This document shows, piece by piece, positions 7,063 through 13,012 of a stretch of 13,012 nucleotides of DNA (the stretch's first letter is position 1; each line of letters opens with the position of its first letter). This stretch comes from Cyanobacteria bacterium J06626_4 (GTDB lineage: Bacteria > Cyanobacteriota > Cyanobacteriia > Phormidesmidales > Phormidesmidaceae). The stretch spans positions 1-13,012 of the forward strand of contig JBCBJQ010000140.1 of NCBI GenBank assembly GCA_038523235.1. Reading direction: 5' to 3'. Both the position numbers and the translations under genes were made by a program. Below the pieces are notes generated by a model. That model did no database searches and was not told the origin of the DNA. It worked only from the letters and a program-made list of their open reading frames with translations.

Positions 7063-7164
7063 TACCGATTCTCTGAAACAAGGCTGCAGATCTGGCTCTC
7101 CTGCCCCTCGGCTCCCTTGCGTTTCCAAGATTGCATCGGGAGTCCGATCACTGAGAACTGGTAT
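7062..7164 (+). mobile_element. 103-bp MITE-like dispersed repeat, copy 1
   Basis: Termini ATACCGATTCTC / GAGAACTGGTAT are an inverted repeat (10/12). Ungapped 89/103 identity to 10569-10671. No coding capacity. Confidence 0.75.
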
Positions 7165-7324
7165 AAATCCTGCCTCTATTGCGTACCATCCCAGATTGGT
7201 TGATGCCGGACAGGCAGAGCGGACGCATCACCAGTTGATCGCGTGATCAGAGCTAATATCAAATCGGTGACTCAACTGTGTTTGCAGGCGATCACCCGCT
7301 GTATCAGACTTAGGGACGTGACAA

Positions 7325-8221
7325 TTGCGGTCTACCACTACACCAAAGGCGACTCAGCCGTTTGAGGTGCCCAAATTTCGTCAGTTTTTAGGGGCGATTG
7401 GCCTGATTTGGCTCGCTATGGTGGCCGGGCTCATCGTCGTTGAGTTGATGGAAAGCTGGACGATTGACTTGAACGATCCCCTGCTGACGCCGATTTTTTA
7501 CATCGTGCTGTTTGGCGGTAGCAGCCTCTGGGTCTGGCAACAATATCGTCACCATCACATTGAGCCGATGCAGCTGTTGGGCGATTGGCCCTCAGGCCAG
7601 CAGTGGCCTGCCTTGATCGGGCTGTGGGTAACGCTTTTCATGTTCTCATTGGGGGCGTTTCAAGTTTCCTTTGCGGCCTTTTCCTATCTGCTGCCGCAAA
7701 TGGTGGAGGACACGCTGCAAAGTTCGATCTTTCTTGGTGCCGACGAGACGGCGATCCCCTGGCTCTACAATCTGTTGATGCTGATTGTGCTCGTCATCGC
7801 CGCGCCGGTGCTCGAAGAATTTTTGTTTCGGGGATTTTTGCTGCATCGCTGGGGCACGCGGTGGAACCTGAGAGTGGCCGTGCTGTTATCTTCGGTGCTG
7901 TTTGGCATCTTGCATGCCAACCTGATTGGACTCACCGGCTTTGGCCTCGCCCTCGCCCTGCTGTATCTGCGCAGCAGCAATCTGTGGCTGGTGATCATCA
8001 TTCACAGTTTGAACAACGCGATCGCTGCCGGTCTCGAAATCATTTTGAGCTTTGGTGGCAGCAGTGAACCTCAATCGCTGACAGAGTTTCGCTCTAGCAT
8101 TTGGTTTGGGCTGGTGCTGTTGGCCATTTCGACGCCCTTTTTAATCCGCTTTCTGCGACAAAATTGGGCCGTCACTCGCGCCCCGCTCCCTTACTTTGCC
8201 AACGGAGATCGCGCGGGGTGA
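7325..8221 (+). CDS. CPBP-family (CAAX/Abi) intramembrane glutamic endopeptidase
   Basis: Multi-TM protein with APVLEEFLFRG, SSVLFGILH and HSLNN motifs. The TTG start is uncertain. Confidence 0.9.
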   Translation: MRSTTTPKATQPFEVPKFRQFLGAIGLIWLAMVAGLIVVELMESWTIDLNDPLLTPIFYIVLFGGSSLWVWQQYRHHHIEPMQLLGDWPSGQQWPALIGLWVTLFMFSLGAFQVSFAAFSYLLPQMVEDTLQSSIFLGADETAIPWLYNLLMLIVLVIAAPVLEEFLFRGFLLHRWGTRWNLRVAVLLSSVLFGILHANLIGLTGFGLALALLYLRSSNLWLVIIIHSLNNAIAAGLEIILSFGGSSEPQSLTEFRSSIWFGLVLLAISTPFLIRFLRQNWAVTRAPLPYFANGDRAG

Positions 8222-8619
8222 TCGTCCGAATACTGATTTCCCATCTAGGCAGTATTTATTTGCCAGCGGAGTGTGGAGGTCAGTATGCGAAAGTTGGCAT
8301 GTGGAATGCGACATGCGGAAGTGCAGCGTCTTGACTCACGGCGGTGTGCGATACGATACGATATCTCTTGGAAATTGGGCTATTTGGCGCGGGCTCAGAG
8401 AATACATAGCAGGTGCCACTTCGGTTAGAAGCAGACTGCGGAGCCACTTGGCTGAGGCGCGAAGTAGCAGGGCTCCTCGGTGTCCGAAGCAAAGTAGTCA
8501 GCGCTATATAGTCGTCCTGTCGTTCTCTCGCCTTGGGACGTCACATCAGGCCGCGTTGATGCTAAATGGCGGTGATAATTGCGATATCAAGTTCATGCTG
8601 GGGGAGATCGCGAGCCCCG

Positions 8620-9066
8620 CTACAAATGCGACTGCAACGTTTGACTGATCAGGGTGGCGTGATCCGCGAGAAAATCATCACGACTCACCAACACATAGTC
8701 TCCCACCGTAAAGATCGCCTTCAGATCAGTCGGTGCTAGCTGGTCATAGGGGCTGGCCTGTTGCTGCCAGGCCGTGAACTGCGATCGCTTGACCAGGGCC
8801 ACATCCAGCTGCTGCGTACTGAGCAAGCTGGCAACCCGCAAGGCATCGCGCGCCCGCGTCACCATCGCCCGCGACTCAGGCAGTTCATCGGCTAGGGTGT
8901 GGGCGATCGTTCGCCCCAGATCACAGGCCAACGCGTCTTCTCGATCGACCACAATAAATAAGTGAAGCTGGCGATAGACCTTCCATTGCGGAAACGGGGT
9001 ATGGCCGAGTACCGGGAACAGGGCGATCGCGCCCAGGCCCCCGTGCAAAAACTCACGACGGTTCAT
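8620..9066 (-). CDS. Small Tat-signal protein, possibly one lobe of a type-2 periplasmic-binding (TAXI-like) fold
   Basis: MNRREFL twin-arginine motif plus a hydrophobic stretch, then GHTPFPQWKVYR. RVASLLSTQQLDVALV resembles the LLxxGxxDxAxx motif of PBP2-fold proteins. ATGA overlap with the upstream gene's stop. Confidence 0.75.
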   Translation of the reverse strand: MNRREFLHGGLGAIALFPVLGHTPFPQWKVYRQLHLFIVVDREDALACDLGRTIAHTLADELPESRAMVTRARDALRVASLLSTQQLDVALVKRSQFTAWQQQASPYDQLAPTDLKAIFTVGDYVLVSRDDFLADHATLISQTLQSHL

Positions 9067-10370
9067 GGCGCCGCTCCCGTCGCCACCTCTACGCCATTCC
9101 GGGCAGCGGCGGGCTCCTCAAAAATGGTCAACGGCAGCACCGCTGACACCAGATAATTGGGCACATCCACCAGCTGACCGATCCGCAGATCCGCTGCGAC
9201 GCTGGCCACCACATAGGCCTGTTCGCGGGTCAGCCCATGATTCGCCACCAGGTAATCCACCATGTCGATCAGCGCATTGCGGGCCGCTAGAGTCAGGTCT
9301 TCTGACAAATTGCTGAGGGGCTCAAGCACCTCACTATTTAAGTAAGTGTAGTAAGGGGGAATTTCTCCTGCCTGTTTGATGGGAATGCCCGTAGTGGCGT
9401 AGAACGATTCGGGGGCCAGGGCTTTGAGCTGATCGCCCCCTTCAAACTGGGGCGCTTTGACCTGAGCTCCCAACCCCTCGCGAATGGCGGTGGTCACAGT
9501 CACGGTGGCGCCCATCTCGATCGCCGTGCCCGAGACTTCCCCATCGCCTTGGGCATAGTGCACATCACCCACAAACAGGCCACAGCCATCAATAAAGCAG
9601 GGAAACAGAATCGTCGTGCCCACCTGCATTTGCTTGACGTCCATGTTGCCGCCATTTTCCCGAGGGGGAATGGTGCGGATACAGCGGGCTTGATCACTGC
9701 CCTCAGGGCCACAGATATCGGCGGGCAGGGCTCCCGTGGGTTCGGGGGCCAGGGCAATGCCCCCCACTTCGGCTAGCTGGGTTTCTCGGGCTAAGAAGGT
9801 TTCCAGTTCTGGCTCACCCGGCAGCACCCCCATTGACCCAGTGAAGGGCGCAAAGGGAATTTTGACCTGAGGAATTTCGGCCGAGACAGCCGCAGTGCGA
9901 TCGAGGCTCCAGTTGGCAATGTAGGGATCAGGAAACAGATCCCGCAGGAAGCCAAAGCCTGGAGCAATCACCGTGTAGCCGTAGGGATCGGGCTCCACAT
10001 CCTGCACCGTGACCGCGACGACATCGCCGCGTTTGGCCCCGTCGATATACACCGGCCCCGTCATCGGATGCACCAGAGAGAGATCAGCCGCCACCACATC
10101 TTCTGGGGTCGAGCCAGGGCCAAAGGCGCTATCAAAGGCATCGCGGGTGCCAAATACGATGGTTTGCCCCGGTGCCGCTATGGCCGCTGGGGGAATATCG
10201 GGGTGATAGCGATTAAAGCAGGCGGCATCGTCTACACAAAACTCGCCGGTGCGCGCCAGCACCACTGGCTCAGGCGTCTGACTGCGCACGGCGGCCGCCC
10301 CGACCAACACCAATATCACGGCCAGCGCTAGCCCCAACCCTCGACCCAGCTGCCAATTTCTCATCTTCAC
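9063..10370 (-). CDS. Acetamidase/formamidase (FmdA/AmdA) family protein with an N-terminal signal peptide
   Basis: NRYHPDIPP, HPMTGPVYIDGAKRGDVVAV, PPRENGGNMD, GDVHYAQGDGEVSGTAIE and AYVVASVAADLRIGQLVDVPN motifs. The N-terminus is basic then hydrophobic (GLGLALAVILVLVGAAAVRS). Start is GTG 10370 or ATG 10364, the latter preceded by GGAG. Confidence 0.9.
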   Translation of the reverse strand: MKMRNWQLGRGLGLALAVILVLVGAAAVRSQTPEPVVLARTGEFCVDDAACFNRYHPDIPPAAIAAPGQTIVFGTRDAFDSAFGPGSTPEDVVAADLSLVHPMTGPVYIDGAKRGDVVAVTVQDVEPDPYGYTVIAPGFGFLRDLFPDPYIANWSLDRTAAVSAEIPQVKIPFAPFTGSMGVLPGEPELETFLARETQLAEVGGIALAPEPTGALPADICGPEGSDQARCIRTIPPRENGGNMDVKQMQVGTTILFPCFIDGCGLFVGDVHYAQGDGEVSGTAIEMGATVTVTTAIREGLGAQVKAPQFEGGDQLKALAPESFYATTGIPIKQAGEIPPYYTYLNSEVLEPLSNLSEDLTLAARNALIDMVDYLVANHGLTREQAYVVASVAADLRIGQLVDVPNYLVSAVLPLTIFEEPAAARNGVEVATGAAP

Positions 10371-10568
10371 TCCAATCCCCCACCCGACATAGCATTCACT
10401 TCTGTTTAACTACCAGGGAAAGGCGCGCGTTTGTGGCTATCCTCGCTACAGTCTGTCGTATCCAGGGCTAGAGCCGGGTATCTAGAGTTTCTCGACATGG
10501 CCTTGCGGTCAGCGCCAAAGGATTCTCAGGCTAGCGGTCACTGCGATCGCGCACAGTAGAAGGGGCTG

Positions 10569-10671
10569 ATACCGATCCTCTAAAACAAGGCTACAGCTAT
10601 GGCTCCCCTGCTCCTTGGCTCCCCTGCGTTGCCAAGACTGCATCGGCAGGCCGATCACTGAGAACTGGGAT
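10569..10671 (+). mobile_element. 103-bp MITE-like dispersed repeat, copy 2
   Basis: ATACCGATCCTC...GAGAACTGGGAT; same length and orientation as 7062-7164 with 14 substitutions. Internal exact duplication GGCTCCCCTGC (10601-10611, 10617-10627). Confidence 0.75.
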
Positions 10672-10859
10672 GACAGGGGGCGATCACGGCAGGTCTAAAC
10701 CTCATCTAGAGTCAGCACTGGAGTTTTCATCTCCGACTGAATCTCACCGCCGGCGGCACCGCATCAAAATTACGGTTTTCACGATGGTCTCGGTCTAACC
10801 ACCCCTTCGCAATCACTGAAGACCGTCATAATAGTGGCCTAATAAGCGCGACCCCTAAA

Positions 10860-11087
10860 ATGAACTATCTAATCTTTTGGCTGCTGGGATTTGGCACCCT
10901 TTGGGCAGGGCTCAAGCTATTTGATGATGAGGCGCTGCTCATCGTGACGCTGATTGTGGGCTCAGTCCTCGTCCTCGCGGGGCTGATTTCTGCGCCCGTC
11001 AGACTCCAAATTGGGGTGGAAGTCGTTTTGGTCGTGGCCCTATTCCATGTTTGTATGGAGTGCATCCAACGGGGTGAGCGTTCCTAG
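10860..11087 (+). CDS. Small hypothetical membrane protein (about 3 TM, C-terminal CxxC), 75 aa
   Basis: Three hydrophobic segments with short charged loops and an HVCMEC tail. A CATAAT -10-like box lies at 10827-10832. Confidence 0.7.
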   Translation: MNYLIFWLLGFGTLWAGLKLFDDEALLIVTLIVGSVLVLAGLISAPVRLQIGVEVVLVVALFHVCMECIQRGERS

Positions 11088-11147
11088 GCAAACCAGCGCC
11101 GCAGTCTTGGCCTAACCAGACTGATGACTGCGATCGCTCTCAACGCA

Positions 11148-11585
11148 TTACTCTGCTGGTTCGCTTTCAGCTGCAGCCTCTGGGGGCAACGCATCCACCC
11201 AAATGATGGGAATATGCCGCTCTGATTCGCGCGCGCCGTTTTCTTGCAAAACCTGACTGGTCTGAGCCGGATCAAAAGAGCGACTAAAGTCTTCGAAGAG
11301 GCGCTGATTTTGCGATCGCATCGACTCGACTGAGGTTTCCACTTCATGGAGCACCTGCAGCTGAGTTTGGTGATAGGGCACCAGCCTCACCAACGCCGAC
11401 AGGGCCACTAAAGACAGGCCTAAATTGACGGCGAGGCGTCCCGTCATTTCCCAACCCACGGCCCGAAAGCGAGCGGCTCGCAGCGATCGCCGATATCGCT
11501 GATCACGCTTCTTGCGCAGCGATCGCACCCGCTCTGACGGCTCAACATCGAGGGTAGGTTGAGGCAAGGACATAAACTCTTTCAT
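11148..11585 (-). CDS. FtsB/FtsL/DivIC-like bitopic coiled-coil protein (cyanobacterial Slr1601-type putative cell division protein)
   Basis: Basic cytoplasmic N-terminus, single TM (LAVNLGLSLVALSALVRLVPY), heptad region (LQVLHEVETSVESMRSQNQRL), then FSRSFDP. Start may be Met5 (11573). Confidence 0.7.
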   Translation of the reverse strand: MKEFMSLPQPTLDVEPSERVRSLRKKRDQRYRRSLRAARFRAVGWEMTGRLAVNLGLSLVALSALVRLVPYHQTQLQVLHEVETSVESMRSQNQRLFEDFSRSFDPAQTSQVLQENGARESERHIPIIWVDALPPEAAAESEPAE

Positions 11586-11870
11586 ACCGCTGGAAATGCT
11601 TGCTGGAGGAAATTTTGGCGAATCAGATCAAAACCAATCACCATTATGAAATAAAAATACATGAATAAACCGCTGGGCAAGGGAAATTGACGGATTGGGT
11701 TGAGTTTTAGGCCAGTCGCTTTAAGAGTACTCTCTTTTGCTGATATGGCTACAAATCGTTGGGGCTCGGCGATCGGTCACGTTAGAGTTACTGGCTTTAT
11801 CTCGGTGCTCTTTGCCGCCGCGATCTGTGGGGACGGTGGTGCCGGGTAGCGGGAAGTCGACTCAGCATCT

Positions 11871-12503
11871 TCACGCCGAGGGGGCAGCGCTGTAAGCCAT
11901 TTGCCAAAAATCCTGTTCCAGATGGGCAACCTGCAAAAAAGCCGCCGCTGCGGCGGTTTGAACGTCTGTGGAGGCCACGTTGAGGGCTTCGTCGGCTTGA
12001 TTAGCCAACAGTTTCACATAGTCAGTAAAGCCTGCATTGCCCCACCGGTCGGCAAATTCATCGTAGGGGGCAGGCATCGGGCCAGGCAGCTGCCAGCCCT
12101 GGTTATAGGCGTATTCGATCGCCCACAGCGCCGTCGCCTGCACGGCATAGGGGGCATTCACTAGGTTGCCCATAAAATCGCAATAGCGCTGACAGGTCAG
12201 CTGGCGCGGGGTTTGCAGGTTGAGCGATCGCTCAGCGGCTTTTTCTCTAAACCAGCTCAGTTCAGCCTGTAGCGCCATTAAACCGCTCAGCAACACATCA
12301 AAATGGCTGACCGGTGCCGCCGCCAAGCAGCGGCCGACAAAGCGAGTGAAGTTGGTAACAAATAAATAGTCTTGCACCAGCCAGGTATTAAATTGCGCCG
12401 GTTGAATGGTGCCTGCTTGGCACTGCGTCAAAAACGGATGAACGGTGGCATCACGCCAGCTATCGGGATGGGTAGACAGTAGGCTTTCACAGGTCAAGGA
12501 CAT
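11871..12503 (-). CDS. tenA: TenA/THI-4/PqqC-family protein, TenA_E-like (thiamine pyrimidine salvage)
   Basis: ATVHPFL, FNTWLVQDYLFV, ELSWF, ALWAIEYAYNQGW (Glu, no catalytic Cys), RWGNAGF and LEQDFWQMAY motifs. Start placed at MSLTC (12503); the ORF is open to 12569. Confidence 0.85.
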   Translation of the reverse strand: MSLTCESLLSTHPDSWRDATVHPFLTQCQAGTIQPAQFNTWLVQDYLFVTNFTRFVGRCLAAAPVSHFDVLLSGLMALQAELSWFREKAAERSLNLQTPRQLTCQRYCDFMGNLVNAPYAVQATALWAIEYAYNQGWQLPGPMPAPYDEFADRWGNAGFTDYVKLLANQADEALNVASTDVQTAAAAAFLQVAHLEQDFWQMAYSAAPSA

Positions 12504-12675
12504 GCAATTCTCAGCTTTGGGGGCAATTATGATTTTGACAGATGAGGGGCAGGTGTTGAACTCTGGCAATTTGGGGCGGGTTTTCCAGGGAATCTGGTTC
12601 GCGTCTATGGTTTGAAGCAGATGCTATGTGCTCTCTTCTTCATGCCTCTAGACAGAAGTCAAAGACCGAGGGGTT

Positions 12676-12740
12676 TGATACTTTGACGATTAATAGGAGT
12701 AAACCTAACGCTCCTGTTTTCGTCGTCAAGAGTTTTATCA
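12676..12740 (+). promoter_or_regulatory. Extended 5' UTR hairpin covering the translation start region
   Basis: 12676-12680 pairs with 12736-12740, 12682-12690 with 12722-12730, and 12692-12700 with 12710-12718, around a 9-nt loop. Confidence 0.5.
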
Positions 12741-12937
12741 TGCTGGTCAAAAATCGCGAAGACAATACACTCATTCAAGTCATGAACTCTGAAGAGCTGA
12801 TTGATCCTTCTAAAGAAAGTATTGAAGGCCGAGAAAAAGCCGGAGAAGAGGTGCAGCCAACGCAGACTTTTCCTAAATCGCAGCTGGTTTTTCCCTCTGG
12901 TGAGTCGCTGCCGCAATGTTGGCTCAATCCTAACTAA
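12740..12937 (+). CDS. Small conserved-type cyanobacterial protein, 65 aa (family often labelled 'acetyltransferase'; function unclear)
   Basis: From internal Met39 of the 12626..12937 ORF: MLVK...LIDP...GRxxAGEExQ...FxKxxLxFPSGExLPxCWxxP, a pattern recalled from small cyanobacterial proteins. Too short for a GNAT fold. Confidence 0.75.
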   Translation: MLVKNREDNTLIQVMNSEELIDPSKESIEGREKAGEEVQPTQTFPKSQLVFPSGESLPQCWLNPN

Positions 12938-12960
12938 CGTGAGTTCGGGATAGGAAATGA

Positions 12961-13007
12961 AGGGGCTGAGTAAGCTGAAACTAGTCGAAATCTTCAGCTA
13001 GGCCCCT
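12961..13007 (+). terminator. Stem-loop downstream of the 12740..12937 gene
   Basis: AGGGGC (12961-12966) / GCCCCT (13002-13007) enclosing AGCTGAA (12973-12979) / TTCAGCT (12993-12999). No U-tract is visible before the window ends. Confidence 0.4.
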
Positions 13008-13012
13008 CCCAT

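Larger units (their letters stand above)
2515..12231. repeat. HIP1 octamer GCGATCGC, 16 dispersed copies
   Basis: Starts at 2515, 3566, 4136, 4876, 5067, 5580, 6588, 8018, 8781, 9023, 10543, 11130, 11312, 11483, 11519 and 12224 (manual count). Less than one copy is expected by chance in 13 kb; this is a hallmark of cyanobacterial genomes. Confidence 0.9.

Noticed and set aside
8196..8648. 150-aa + strand ORF between the CPBP and Tat genes
   Set aside because: Overlaps both flanking genes, has no RBS or recognisable family motif, and its Ser/Arg/Cys-rich composition suggests a spurious frame. Not fully excluded.
10458..10491. NtcA boxes upstream of the amidase (GTA-N8-TAG, GTA-N8-TTC)
   Set aside because: Both are only 5/6 matches to GTA-N8-TAC and no properly spaced -10 box is evident.
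12504..12625. TPP riboswitch upstream of tenA
   Set aside because: CTGAGA and GAACCAGAT occur on the minus strand but in the wrong order, without the rest of the THI-box.

Overview
Chromosomal DNA from a cyanobacterium, judged from 16 copies of the HIP1 octamer GCGATCGC and several cyanobacteria-type small genes. The left 2 kb is an accessory-looking patch with no HIP1 site. It holds a stand-alone MshEN (c-di-GMP-binding motif) microprotein, a short IS6 transposase remnant, a small secreted Pro-rich protein with an apparent decayed tandem paralog, and a repeat-rich promoter. Next come a large PlsY-like membrane domain fused to a PEP-synthase/rifampin-phosphotransferase-type dikinase, and a lower-GC SnoaL/azoR cassette with a divergent HxlR-family regulator whose sensor Cys position is Ser. 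A CPBP intramembrane protease follows, then a translationally coupled pair: a signal-peptide-bearing acetamidase/formamidase-family enzyme and a small Tat-signal protein. The right end has a small membrane protein, an FtsB/FtsL-like (Slr1601-type) protein, a TenA_E-type protein and a 65-aa protein with a strongly folded 5' UTR. Two 103-bp MITE-like repeats bracket the CPBP-amidase block. All product calls are from motif recognition by eye; no database search was run.
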